From NCBI GenBank assembly GCA_007125005.1, contig SLDY01000004.1, positions 13,368 through 77,367 of the forward strand: DNA of 64,000 nucleotides, in the 5' to 3' direction. This document shows, piece by piece, positions 20,630 through 30,486 of the stretch. The stretch comes from Natronohydrobacter sp. (GTDB taxonomy: Bacteria; Pseudomonadota; Alphaproteobacteria; Rhodobacterales; Rhodobacteraceae). The first letter of the stretch is position 1; each line of letters opens with the position of its first letter. The notes below the pieces were generated by a model that did no database searches, was not told the DNA's origin, and saw nothing but the letters and a program-made list of their open reading frames with translations. Both the position numbers and the translations under genes were made by a program.

Positions 20630-20666
20630 TCGTGACGATGTTTTTCTTTGAACAACAGCAATGTTG

Positions 20667-21440
20667 TCAGGCACTCATCGCCCATGGCGCGCGCTCGCGC
20701 GCCCATCCACGGACCGCTTCACCAAAAGCCTCGAACAGCGGGCGCGAGACGGGATCATGGCCTGCCTGCCATTCCGGGTGCCATTGCACCGATAATGTAA
20801 AGCCACGCGCCCCTTGCACATAAATCGCTTCAGGTGTGCCATCTGGCGCGTGGCCATCAATCACGATGCGTTTGCCGGGGGTCTTGATCCCCTGTCCGTG
20901 TAAGGTGTTCGTCATCACCTCTGGAGCCCCCATTAATCGATGAAAGATACCGCCTTGAGTGAAGCGGACCTTGTGGCGCAGCGCAAATTTCTCTTCGAGC
21001 GAACCATCAGGTGGCATACGATGATTCATGCGCCCCGGTAGATCGCGAATTTCCGGGTGCAATGTGCCACCCATCGCCACATTCACTTCCTGAAAGCCGC
21101 GACAAACCCCAAGAAACGGCTGCCCACGTTCGACACAGGCGCGCACCAGCGGCAACGCAATCGCATCGCGAGCACGGTCGAATGCGCCATGAGCCGGGGT
21201 TTCTGTCTCGCCATATTCCTCCGGGTGCACATTCGGACGCCCGCCCGTCAGTAAAAAGCCGTCGCAAACATCGAGCAATTCGGCTACTGAAACCAAACGC
21301 GGATCCGAGGGAATGAGCAGCGGTAAACAGCCCGACACCTCAGCGACAGCTTCCGAATTCATCGTTCCGCCCGCATGGGCCGGGTATTGATCATTGATCA
21401 GGTAAGAATTGCCGATAATTCCCACAATCGGTCTGTGCAT
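20667..21440 (-). CDS. Gamma-glutamyl-gamma-aminobutyrate hydrolase family (peptidase C26, PuuD-like)
   Basis: RPIVGI, LLTGG, LGVCRGFQ nucleophile, QWHPE. Confidence 0.9.
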   Translation of the reverse strand: MHRPIVGIIGNSYLINDQYPAHAGGTMNSEAVAEVSGCLPLLIPSDPRLVSVAELLDVCDGFLLTGGRPNVHPEEYGETETPAHGAFDRARDAIALPLVRACVERGQPFLGVCRGFQEVNVAMGGTLHPEIRDLPGRMNHRMPPDGSLEEKFALRHKVRFTQGGIFHRLMGAPEVMTNTLHGQGIKTPGKRIVIDGHAPDGTPEAIYVQGARGFTLSVQWHPEWQAGHDPVSRPLFEAFGEAVRGWARERAPWAMSA

Positions 21441-21463
21441 GGCGCGCCTGTCACTGTTTGAAA

Positions 21464-21679
21464 TCAATTTATCAGAGATATGGCAAAGGTCGAGAGCCCA
21501 GTAAGAAAGTAAGGCAGGCAGCTTGAGAATGAGGCACGCGTCACGCCAAACTCGCGAATTGACGGCACCTCAATCAGCAAGAACAAAATCAGCGTAATCG
21601 CTGTCCAGACCAGAGCCGCCGCGACAATTGAATAACAATAACCCTCGTCGGGGCCTTGCCAAATCGATGCGCAGCACAA
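21464..21679 (-). CDS. Possible small hydrophobic protein or gene remnant
   Basis: 71-aa ORF filling the gap, two hydrophobic stretches, weak start signal. Confidence 0.25.
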   Translation of the reverse strand: MCCASIWQGPDEGYCYSIVAAALVWTAITLILFLLIEVPSIREFGVTRASFSSCLPYFLTGLSTFAISLIN

Positions 21680-21728
21680 GCCGGAAATACGGGTAAATGC
21701 AACCTCTTCACCAGCTTACGCGGCGCGC

Positions 21729-22274
21729 TTATCCCATCCGTCGAATATAGGTCCATGTTGGCACAGTCGCGCGACGCGCAACCGAATAGGCCTCAGCATC
21801 TCCCAAATAATCGAAACCTGCATTTGTAAGCACATGGGCGGATGCGGCATTATCTTGAAATACCTCAGCAAAAAGCGTTCGTGCGTTATGCGGATTAGCC
21901 GCGATGATAGCGCGCACAGCCTCGGAGGCGAAACCTGCGTTCCAGAAAGCTGGGGCTACCCAGAAACCGATCTGGCTTTGCTGACGATCCAGCGGCTTGA
22001 GTGACAAAAGCCCCATCACCGTAGATGCACCAGACGTTGAGCCGTCAAGCACCCACACATCTTCATCGCGCTCCGTAGCAGTTGCGCGTTCGATAAATTG
22101 CTCCGTCGCCCCGGGCGGCAATGGATGCGGAATCGAGCGCGTGCCCTCGGCCACGCGCTTGTCACCCGTATAAAGCGCCAGAAGCCCGACATCGGACGCT
22201 TGCAACGGCCGCAAAATCAGGCGCGGCGTCGTCAGAATGGGCTGATCGGCCAAAATATTATTGTCAAAACTCAT
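21729..22274 (-). CDS. GNAT (RimJ/RimL-like) N-acetyltransferase
   Basis: LTTPRLILRP, IGFWVAPAFWNAGFASEAV, DNAASAHVLTNAGF. Confidence 0.9.
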   Translation of the reverse strand: MSFDNNILADQPILTTPRLILRPLQASDVGLLALYTGDKRVAEGTRSIPHPLPPGATEQFIERATATERDEDVWVLDGSTSGASTVMGLLSLKPLDRQQSQIGFWVAPAFWNAGFASEAVRAIIAANPHNARTLFAEVFQDNAASAHVLTNAGFDYLGDAEAYSVARRATVPTWTYIRRMG

Positions 22275-22356
22275 CTCTGCTCCTCCTGCCGTTACATAAC
22301 CGACCCTGCATGCCGGTCTCTTGCCTCAACACTCCCCCCGTGCAGCAAGATAACAC

Positions 22357-22391
22357 AAAAGAAACAGGGCCGGCGAGATAGCCGACCCTGT
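22357..22391 (-). terminator. Terminator after rplU-rpmA
   Basis: ACAGGGTCGGC-tatctc-GCCGGCCCTGT then TTCTTTT on the minus strand. Confidence 0.8.
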
Positions 22392-22417
22392 CTTACACTT
22401 AAAAGGTAAAACTTCGG

Positions 22418-22687
22418 CTATTCCGCTGCGGTTTCTACCGGCAAGACCGATACAAAACTGCGCCCATTGAGGCCCTTTCTGAAGACAATTCGTCCTTCAT
22501 TGAGAGCAAAGAGTGTATGGTCGCGGCCCATGCCCACGCCTTCACCAGGCCAATGCTTTGTACCGCGCTGACGAACGATAATGTTGCCCGGAATTGCGTA
22601 TTGACCGCCATAAAGCTTCACGCCAAGGCGACGGCCGGCCGAGTCACGTCCGTTGCGGGATGACCCGCCTGCTTTCTTGTGTGCCAT
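22418..22687 (-). CDS. rpmA: 50S ribosomal protein L27
   Basis: [24 protein letters not shown]. Confidence 0.98.
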   Translation of the reverse strand: MAHKKAGGSSRNGRDSAGRRLGVKLYGGQYAIPGNIIVRQRGTKHWPGEGVGMGRDHTLFALNEGRIVFRKGLNGRSFVSVLPVETAAE

Positions 22688-22693
22688 GAGGGG

Positions 22694-23383
22694 TTACTCC
22701 TTCTCGGCTGCGAATTGTTTGGCCTGACCGATCCAGCCATCGCGTTCGATGCGGCCTTTGAACGACAGTTGATCATCCATATAGGCAATCTCTGCCGGAG
22801 TCCAAGCGGCGATCTGATCAAAATGAAATACACCATTCTGATGTAGTAGCGATTCCAGTTTGGGACCAACGCCCGAGATCTTTTTCAGATCATCCGGCTG
22901 GCCATCGCGAGCCTCTGTCAGCAGGTTTGCAGGCTTCACGCCTTCGGTCGCAGGCGCGTCTTCCTTCTTGGCAGCCTTCTTGGGAGCAGGTGCCGGAGCG
23001 GCAGCCTCTATGGCGAAGCCCGATACAGAGCCAGTGCCGATCGCTGCTTTAACACCCGAGGCATCTGCACCGGACGTCAGGATATCGGTCACACGCACCA
23101 CAGTCAGTTTCTGACGGTGTCCCTTGGTGCGCTGCGAGCTGTGCTTGCGGCGGCGCTTGACGTAATGGATCACTTTGTCGGCCTTGATCTGGTCGATCAC
23201 TTCGGCCTGCACACCAGCCCCTTCGATGACGGGCGTGCCGATCACGGGGCTTTCGCCGCCGATCATCAGAATCTCGTTAAACTGGACTTTTTCACCAGCC
23301 TGTGCGGCAATACGCTCCACACGCAGCAGATCGCCTGCCTGCACACGGTATTGCTTGCCGCCAGTTTTCAGAACCGCAAACAT
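22694..23383 (-). CDS. rplU: 50S ribosomal protein L21 with C-terminal linker and HhH-like extension
   Basis: MFAVLKTGGKQYRV...KGHRQ core of ~103 aa plus DDLKKISGVGPKLE domain. Confidence 0.96.
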   Translation of the reverse strand: MFAVLKTGGKQYRVQAGDLLRVERIAAQAGEKVQFNEILMIGGESPVIGTPVIEGAGVQAEVIDQIKADKVIHYVKRRRKHSSQRTKGHRQKLTVVRVTDILTSGADASGVKAAIGTGSVSGFAIEAAAPAPAPKKAAKKEDAPATEGVKPANLLTEARDGQPDDLKKISGVGPKLESLLHQNGVFHFDQIAAWTPAEIAYMDDQLSFKGRIERDGWIGQAKQFAAEKE

Positions 23384-23606
23384 CGGTCTGTTCCTTCTCT
23401 TTTGTTATCGCGCCCTGTGGCCCTTGCAGTTCTGCAAGCGTTGACTGCCTCGAGCGGCGTGCCCCTTTGGGACAAATCATAAAGACCGCGCAAGCCCCTT
23501 GCTCGAACGGTGCGCGTGCTATGGGGTAAACTGCAGTCCCTGTCAAGCGCTGCAGCTTAGCTGACCGCAGCATTTTGGAGCTTTGAATAGCGTCACGACT
23601 CTCGCG

Positions 23607-24470
23607 TTATAACGATAGACGCACGCCTTCGCGCCCAGCAAGATCGGTGAAGAACTGCCAAGCCACCCGTCCGGAACGGCTGCCGCGCGTTGCTTGCCAC
23701 TCGATCGCCTCTGCGCGCAAACGATCCTTGGGTATTTGCAGGCCATAAGCAGCACAATAGCCATCTATCATCGACAAAAATTCATCCTGACCGCAGGGGT
23801 GGAACCCAAGCCACAGCCCGAACCGATCCGAAAGTGAAACCTTTTCCTCAACTGCCTCTGAAGGTGAAATTGCAGAAGAGCGCTCATTCTCGATCATATC
23901 TCGTGGCATCAAATGCCGACGATTCGATGTAGCATAAAGCACGACATTCTCTGGCCGCCCTTCCACTCCGCCATCAAGGACTGCCTTGAGCGACTTATAA
24001 TGCTGGTCATCGTGGCTAAAGGAAAGATCGTCACAGAAAAGCAAAAACCGCGCAGTGGAAGCGCGCAGATGGTGCATCAGCCGCCCGATACTGGGCAGGT
24101 CCTCGCGCTGGATTTCGACAAGCTTGAGCGCACTCTCGGGTGCCTGTTGACGGACATGTGCGTGAACTGCCTTTACCAGCGAAGATTTACCCATACCCCG
24201 AGCGCCCCACAACAGTGCGTTATTGGCCGGGAAACCGCGCGCAAATTGTAGTGTGTTGGCAAGCAGTGTGTCGCGCGCCCGATCGATCCCCACAAGCAGG
24301 TCCAGAGCCACATGATTGACTTGAGCGACAGGCTGCAATCTATCCGGCGCGACATGCCACACGAACGCATCTGCGCTCGCGATGTCAGGCGGCGCATCAG
24401 CGGGTGGAGAAAGCCTCTCCAACGCATCGGCAATCCGGCGAAGATCTTCAGCTTCTCGCATGGCCGTCAT
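23607..24470 (-). CDS. DUF815-family AAA+ ATPase
   Basis: NNALLWGARGMGKSS, LLFCDDLSF, YATSNRRHL, EEKVSLSDRFGLWLGF. Confidence 0.92.
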   Translation of the reverse strand: MTAMREAEDLRRIADALERLSPPADAPPDIASADAFVWHVAPDRLQPVAQVNHVALDLLVGIDRARDTLLANTLQFARGFPANNALLWGARGMGKSSLVKAVHAHVRQQAPESALKLVEIQREDLPSIGRLMHHLRASTARFLLFCDDLSFSHDDQHYKSLKAVLDGGVEGRPENVVLYATSNRRHLMPRDMIENERSSAISPSEAVEEKVSLSDRFGLWLGFHPCGQDEFLSMIDGYCAAYGLQIPKDRLRAEAIEWQATRGSRSGRVAWQFFTDLAGREGVRLSL

Positions 24471-25345
24471 TTTTCGCCTTCAAGCTCATCCTCAAACAGC
24501 TCATCATCCTCATCAAGCAAGCCTTCGCGGCGTAACTCTTCCTTCCGCTTCTTCTCAACCATCGCGACCAAGCGGATCGAGATCTCATAAAGCCCATAGA
24601 CAACAGCAAAGAGGATGATCTGCGTAATAACGTCGGGTGGTGTAACAAGTGCGGCCAGAGTCAGAATACCCACGATCGCCCATTTACGCCCGGCACGCAG
24701 CCCCGCCTCGGAGACAAGGCCAGCCTTGCCCATCAGTGTTAACAAAACGGGCAATTGGAAGCAGAGGCCAAAAGCGACAATGAACTTGATTGTCAGGTTG
24801 AGATAGGCTTGTGCGGAGCCTTGGAAAACAACGGAGAGAGGCGCAGCACCCGGAACGCCCTCAACGGCTTCGCCCCCCGCTCCAAACTGCTGAAACCCGA
24901 GGAAGAAGTTATAGGCGAGCGGTGTGACAACATAAAACGCGAAGGATGCGCCGAGGAAAAACATGAATGGCGAAGCCACCAAAAACGGCAGAAAGGCGTG
25001 TTTTTCCGATCTGTAAAGGCCTGGTGCTACAAAACGCCACATCTGATGCGCGATAACCGGGAAGGACAGCATGAAGCCACCCAAGAGTGAGACCTTTATT
25101 GCGACGAAGAACCCTTCTTGAGGGCTGATAAAGATCAGGTCACAGTCCTGCCCACGCGAAGCAAGTGCGTCACATAGTGGCGCCGTCAGGAAATTGAATA
25201 TCGGTGTGGCGACCGTGAAGCAGATCACCATGCCCACAACGAATGCTAACACAGATTTGATCAGGCGCGAGCGCAGTTCCGACAGATGCTCGATCAGCGG
25301 TGCGCTCTTGTCGTCGATATCATCTTGAGGATACGAACTGCTCAT
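24467..25345 (-). CDS. tatC: Twin-arginine translocase TatC
   Basis: [35 protein letters not shown]. Confidence 0.97.
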   Translation of the reverse strand: MSSSYPQDDIDDKSAPLIEHLSELRSRLIKSVLAFVVGMVICFTVATPIFNFLTAPLCDALASRGQDCDLIFISPQEGFFVAIKVSLLGGFMLSFPVIAHQMWRFVAPGLYRSEKHAFLPFLVASPFMFFLGASFAFYVVTPLAYNFFLGFQQFGAGGEAVEGVPGAAPLSVVFQGSAQAYLNLTIKFIVAFGLCFQLPVLLTLMGKAGLVSEAGLRAGRKWAIVGILTLAALVTPPDVITQIILFAVVYGLYEISIRLVAMVEKKRKEELRREGLLDEDDELFEDELEGEK

Positions 25346-25836
25346 AAGTTGCTCTTATCTGCACCGCGCTCATTTTGATCGACGTTTTGCGCAGGGGCCG
25401 TCTGGGCTTCGGATGCACCGGTTGCACGCTCCTGACGCAACTTGTCCATCTCGGCCTTGATGCGCGCTTTACCTGCGGCCTCGTCCTCAGACATTGAGGC
25501 GTCAGCGCTTCTCCGGGCTGGGGGTTTCTTGTCAACAGCAGGGTCAGCTTGGTTGTCTTCGTCCTTCAGCGGGTCCCATTTCCGCATCTCGTCAATCTTA
25601 TCAAGCCCCATGCTTTTGGCATCAGTGGCTTTTCGCAGATCTCGTGCCACGTCTTTAACGCCGCTGGCATCTGCCGCCTCATCCATGGCGCGCTGAAACT
25701 CACGCGCCATTGCTCGGGCTTTTGCAGTGAACTGCCCGATGCTACGAAACATCTTTGGCAGGTCTTTGGGGCCCACCACGATCAACGCAACGATGCCGAT
25801 CACCATCAGCTCTGTCCAGCCGAGATCAAACATCAT
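25342..25836 (-). CDS. tatB: Twin-arginine translocase TatB
   Basis: [26 protein letters not shown]. Confidence 0.96.
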   Translation of the reverse strand: MMFDLGWTELMVIGIVALIVVGPKDLPKMFRSIGQFTAKARAMAREFQRAMDEAADASGVKDVARDLRKATDAKSMGLDKIDEMRKWDPLKDEDNQADPAVDKKPPARRSADASMSEDEAAGKARIKAEMDKLRQERATGASEAQTAPAQNVDQNERGADKSNL

Positions 25837-25907
25837 ATCCCCTTCGCAGCTGAGTCGCAGGACCCCGACGCCCGATTGCCACCATCACAGAGTTAGCGAT
25901 TCTGGCC

Positions 25908-26132
25908 TCAGGCCTTGTCCTTGTCGTGCTCCGGGGTAATGTCGCGGGCGGTTTTCGCTGCGTCATCCGAGGATTTCTCAATCTCTTCAGAACCGTCTTT
26001 CAGACCCTTCTTGAAAGAGGTGATTCCCTTCCCGACTTCGCCCATCAGACCAGCAACTTTGCCGCGCCCGAACAGGACAAGCACGACGATTGCAATGATG
26101 ATAAAACCTGCGGGACCGATATTGTTGAGCAT
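25908..26132 (-). CDS. tatA: Twin-arginine translocase TatA
   Basis: VLVLFGRGKV...GKGITSFKKG. Confidence 0.95.
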   Translation of the reverse strand: MLNNIGPAGFIIIAIVVLVLFGRGKVAGLMGEVGKGITSFKKGLKDGSEEIEKSSDDAAKTARDITPEHDKDKA

Positions 26133-26264
26133 GCATTTCTCCCTCTGCTACGCAAACACGATTTGCTGCGCAGTCTTACGAATGACATTTATGGAGTCTT
26201 GCACTCCATTCAAAGCCCCAAATGCACAATCAGGACAATTTCCTGCGAATGATAAGAGACCCAA

Positions 26265-27152
26265 TCAATCCAGCCAATCGAGTTCGGGGATGGAAAGCGC
26301 CCCTTTCACCCGATTGCGGCCTTCGCTTTTCGCCTCATAGAGATAGGCATCCGCAGTCGCAATCAATGCATCGCGTGTGTCTAGCTCCGAACTACAAGTC
26401 GCAACTCCAAGGCTGACCGTAAACTCGATATCCGGATAGTCTCTGACGATGGTTCCTTCGATGACGCGGCGCAGGCGTTCAGCAATCTCTACCGCAGTTT
26501 CGGCATCAACGAAAAGCAGAACACCGAATTCCTCGCCACCCAGACGCCCCAATCTGTCAGCGGGGCGCAGTTCTGATTGCACCACATGCGCCACAGCTCG
26601 CAAAACAGCATCGCCAGCGGAATGGCCGTAAGTGTCATTGATTTTTTTGAAATGGTCGAGATCGAACATGATGAGGCTACAGGGCATTCCGCTCCGTTGC
26701 CATGTCGCTACTGCACGCCCAAGGTCACCCATAAACGCCCGGCGGGTCAAAGCGCGTGTGAGCATGTCACAATGCGCGACCGACCACAGCGCATGATGCT
26801 CTGCCACAAGGATGGCAAATCCGGCTAAAAGATGAGATGCGCCAGAGACGAATTCCTCTGCAAAAGCACGCAACAGTCCAACCCGTTTGCCCTGATGCAC
26901 GATTGGCACCTGCAGACAGGCAAGGTCATTCGGCACCGGCTGGATAGGTGCGCCATCAAGCTGAACGATTACATGACTTGCACCAGTGGTCTGGCGTACC
27001 AGATACAGGATCGTATCGTATTTTTCCGACATCGGGTCGGGCATGCTCAACGTAGCAGGAGACGCCTGTGAAGCCTTTGAGGAAAGATCAACTGCCATAT
27101 TCATTACGGTTACTTGCCTTTCTGAGGTGACGGCACCACTCGCCACAGACAT
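26265..27152 (-). CDS. GGDEF diguanylate cyclase with small GAF-like N-terminus (start uncertain)
   Basis: FDLDHFKKINDTYGHSAGD, RPAD I-site, RLGGEEF, LYEAKSEGRNRV. Confidence 0.9.
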   Translation of the reverse strand: MSVASGAVTSERQVTVMNMAVDLSSKASQASPATLSMPDPMSEKYDTILYLVRQTTGASHVIVQLDGAPIQPVPNDLACLQVPIVHQGKRVGLLRAFAEEFVSGASHLLAGFAILVAEHHALWSVAHCDMLTRALTRRAFMGDLGRAVATWQRSGMPCSLIMFDLDHFKKINDTYGHSAGDAVLRAVAHVVQSELRPADRLGRLGGEEFGVLLFVDAETAVEIAERLRRVIEGTIVRDYPDIEFTVSLGVATCSSELDTRDALIATADAYLYEAKSEGRNRVKGALSIPELDWLD

Positions 27153-27256
27153 CTTCGTTTCGCTCCGAATATTTACTATTAACGGATCTTGTCGATTTAG
27201 GGGCAGTATCATGTCAGCCTGTGACATTCTCTGCCCGATCCTGCAAAAGATGGCAC

Positions 27257-28558
27257 TCAATCGAACTGTCGGAACTGCCGTTTTTGTCTGTCTGTCCAAT
27301 TGACGCGCAGGTGCAAGCCCTCCGCCCCTTCACGTTCTTCCATAACAACGGCTTGCTCATAAAGCCATGCCCGCGCCCGCCCGCGCGAAAACTCCAGAAA
27401 AAGGCTCTCTTCGTGGCGGGCATCATCAAGTTGCACCGTAAGCTGCTCGAATAATGAGGATAGGCCCTCACCGCTAATCGCAGAGCCGAGAAACACAGTC
27501 TTTTCCGCTGCGGCGCGCGCATGCAGGGCGGCATGTTGTTCAGGCGGCAAGAGATCGGCCTTGTTCCACAACTCGAACAGCGGTGTCTCGGACACTACTC
27601 CGAGTTCTGCAAGAATATCCCGCACATTTCGCGCCTGCTCCTCGGTTTCCGGATGCGAGATATCTCGCACATGAACGATCAGATCGGCCTCCAGAACTTC
27701 CTCCAGCGTCGCGCGAAAGGCCGCGACCAATTGCGTTGGGAGATCAGATATGAAACCCACTGTGTCCGAGAGGATGACCTCCTTGCCTGTAGGCAGACGC
27801 ACGGCGCGCATGGTAGGGTCCAGCGTGGCAAACAGCATGTCCTTGGCGAGCACCGCCGCTCCGGTCAGACGGTTAAAGAGTGTCGATTTTCCAGCGTTGG
27901 TGTACCCCACAAGCGCCACTACCGGGAAAGGCACCTTACGCCTTGCTTCCCGATGCAGCTCACGCGTCCTTGCCACTTTCTCAAGCTGTCGGCGCAAACG
28001 AACAACCTGCACATCAATTGCACGGCGGTCGGCTTCGATCTGCGTCTCGCCAGGGCCACCCACAAAACCAAGGCCCCCACGCTGACGCTCCAGATGTGTC
28101 CATGCGCGAACCAGCCGCGTGCGCTGGTAACTCAATGCTGCAAGCTCCACCTGCAAGACACCTTCACGCGTGCGCGCCCGATCCGCGAATATCTCAAGGA
28201 TCAAACCAGTTCTATCTAGAAGCTTTACCTTCCATGCACGCTCCAGATTACGTTGTTGAACAGGTGTCACTGGCCCGTCAATCAGCACAAGCGCAACATC
28301 CGCATCCGCGATTTGCTCGCCAAGCTCTGCAACTTTGCCCGATCCGAACAACATGCCCGGCTGCGCTTTGGGAAGCCGCACTACAGAAGCGCCAACAATC
28401 TCTAGCCCGGGAAGCGCATGCGCAAGCGACACTGCCTCCGCCAATGCCAAGTCCGGGTCGCGCAAGGATTGTCGCGTCTTGATTTCCGGGTGCAGCACCA
28501 GCGCACGGGTTAACCCCGACTCTGGATCATCGTCGCCAAGTCCTGCCTCAAGCGCCAT
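27257..28558 (-). CDS. hflX: Ribosome-splitting GTPase HflX
   Basis: ILEIFADRA, GPGETQIE, VGYTNAGKSTL, SDTVGFI, NKAD. Confidence 0.97.
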   Translation of the reverse strand: MALEAGLGDDDPESGLTRALVLHPEIKTRQSLRDPDLALAEAVSLAHALPGLEIVGASVVRLPKAQPGMLFGSGKVAELGEQIADADVALVLIDGPVTPVQQRNLERAWKVKLLDRTGLILEIFADRARTREGVLQVELAALSYQRTRLVRAWTHLERQRGGLGFVGGPGETQIEADRRAIDVQVVRLRRQLEKVARTRELHREARRKVPFPVVALVGYTNAGKSTLFNRLTGAAVLAKDMLFATLDPTMRAVRLPTGKEVILSDTVGFISDLPTQLVAAFRATLEEVLEADLIVHVRDISHPETEEQARNVRDILAELGVVSETPLFELWNKADLLPPEQHAALHARAAAEKTVFLGSAISGEGLSSLFEQLTVQLDDARHEESLFLEFSRGRARAWLYEQAVVMEEREGAEGLHLRVNWTDRQKRQFRQFD

Positions 28559-28566
28559 GCCGCGGC

Positions 28567-28800
28567 TCAGCTTTCGCCCTCATAGAGCGAAATTGGCTGC
28601 CCCGGCATTATTGTCGAGATCGCATGCTTGTAGACGAGCTGGCTTTGTCCATCACGACGCAAGAGCACGCAGAAATTGTCAAACCAGGTGATCACCCCCT
28701 GCAGCTTGACACCATTGATCAGAAACACAGTGACAGGAACCTTGTTCTTGCGCACGTGATTTAGAAAAGCATCCTGCAAGTTTTGTTTATCGCTGGCCAT
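28567..28800 (-). CDS. hfq: RNA chaperone Hfq
   Basis: [31 protein letters not shown]. Confidence 0.98.
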   Translation of the reverse strand: MASDKQNLQDAFLNHVRKNKVPVTVFLINGVKLQGVITWFDNFCVLLRRDGQSQLVYKHAISTIMPGQPISLYEGES

Positions 28801-28947
28801 GCGTTTGCCTTTTTTTTGTGGCGAGTTTGATTTACGCAGAGAGCCTTGTCTCCCTATGGATTGAGTATGTCGCGCCTTTTTGAAAACTTCCAGCCCTGAA
28901 ACAGATTAATCGGCAAGTCTTCGTAATTTTATTTCAAGCGCGAGATG

Positions 28948-30486
28948 TCAGCCAAGGCGGCGCCAGAAAACCGACAACAGCAGCAACAATTCCAGCCGAC
29001 CCAGCACCATGCCAAACGCAAGGATAGCCTTCGCCATGCCCCCCAGATCCGCCCAGGCCAGTGGCTCGGATGCGGCGATCTGCACAAGCGGTCCAGTAGT
29101 CGTCAAAGCTGCAGAAGCGAAGATAACCGCATGTTCCAGCGACATACCCACGATCGTCAGACTAGCCGTAAGGGTGGTAAGCGACAGGATAAACACCATC
29201 AAAAACAGCCATGCCAAGAAAGCCCCTTCACGCCGCAAACTGCGCAGGCGCGGCCCGTCTCCCCCAACGCTATCGGGGTAAAGTAGTTTCGAGACTTCCC
29301 TTTGCGCCTGCCAGCCAAGGCTGAACACCCGCATCAATTTCAGCCCACCGGCCGTGGTGGCCACCCCACCCCCAAAAAGTGCAAGCCCCAACAGAACCAT
29401 GCCAGAGGGCCCTGGAAAGACATGCTCAAACCCGCCAGTAACGGCACTGATGAACCCAGTGGTCGTGAGAAAAGACAGCGCTGTGAAACCATGTGCCCAG
29501 ATCCGTGCCAAATGGTCTAAAATACCTGCTTGTGGGCCGAACAACGTTTCAAGCGTAATTGCAAGAACCACAATGCTCATGACGCCAAGCGCAAGCAGCA
29601 ATTCCGGATCATGGCGTTTGCGCAAGCCGTGCTGATAGAACACACCGGCATGAGGCCACAACCTACGGCTCAAGGCCATGATCAGACATGCAGCAATCAG
29701 GATTTCAGTCGGCATTGACATCATAGTTCCGGAGGGAACTATGCCAGAGGTTGCGAATGTGGACATCGCCATCATCAGCGCGACCAGCGGCGGGTTACCC
29801 AGAATGGAGAGCACCACCCATAGACCAAGCGTCAATGCAAAATATGTCGGCAGAATCATCCAGAACTGCTCTTTCAATCTTTGCAGCGCTTTTTCATCTG
29901 CATCTTCCTGCTGCAATGTATGCTCGCGCATATCGCCCAAGGGCTGCACCATCCCGCCGATCTGACCACGAAACAGTTCTGCCCCGCCCAGATTAAGCGG
30001 CGCGAGAAGCGCCATGATAACAACTAGCGTGAAAAGCCCACCCCCCCAAGCGACCGTTGCTCGCCACAAATGCAAGCTGCGGCTAACTTCGCCCTCAAGC
30101 AGGCTCGCGCCCGTAGTCGTGAACGCTGCAAGCATCTCGAACCATGCATCAAAGAAAGGTATGCCGGGCACAGCTTCGGTTATTGGGATCGCCATCAATG
30201 CTGGCAAGATGAGATAAGCCAGCGACAAAAGCGAGAACGGATGAGAAAATATGCTGGGGCGGCTGCGTGGGCGCGTGCGCGTTGCAAGGTGGATCAGCGC
30301 AACAATGCTGGCAAGCAACCCGGCTGAATAGAGGAAGGGGCGCGCAATTTCGTGCTCGCGCAGACTGAACGCCACAGCCGCCGGTAACAGCATTGCTACG
30401 GCAGTTGCGCTTATGAGCGCCACCATTAGGGCCGGACCAAGATTGCGGGTCTTACTTGGCGCCGCTCTGAACCTCAGGCCCGCCAC
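28948..30486 (-). CDS. trkH: TrkH-family K+ uptake membrane protein
   Basis: Multiple TM segments with pore motifs AFTTTGA, FATSG, LTTTGF, LTTTGP; GGGVATTAGGLK; MVLGRLE. Confidence 0.88.
   Translation of the reverse strand: MAGLRFRAAPSKTRNLGPALMVALISATAVAMLLPAAVAFSLREHEIARPFLYSAGLLASIVALIHLATRTRPRSRPSIFSHPFSLLSLAYLILPALMAIPITEAVPGIPFFDAWFEMLAAFTTTGASLLEGEVSRSLHLWRATVAWGGGLFTLVVIMALLAPLNLGGAELFRGQIGGMVQPLGDMREHTLQQEDADEKALQRLKEQFWMILPTYFALTLGLWVVLSILGNPPLVALMMAMSTFATSGIVPSGTMMSMPTEILIAACLIMALSRRLWPHAGVFYQHGLRKRHDPELLLALGVMSIVVLAITLETLFGPQAGILDHLARIWAHGFTALSFLTTTGFISAVTGGFEHVFPGPSGMVLLGLALFGGGVATTAGGLKLMRVFSLGWQAQREVSKLLYPDSVGGDGPRLRSLRREGAFLAWLFLMVFILSLTTLTASLTIVGMSLEHAVIFASAALTTTGPLVQIAASEPLAWADLGGMAKAILAFGMVLGRLELLLLLSVFWRRLG

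Noticed and set aside
23428-23442. Alphaproteobacterial LexA box (GTTC-N7-GTTG)
   Set aside because: One mismatch, and it lies in the rplU leader with no SOS gene nearby.
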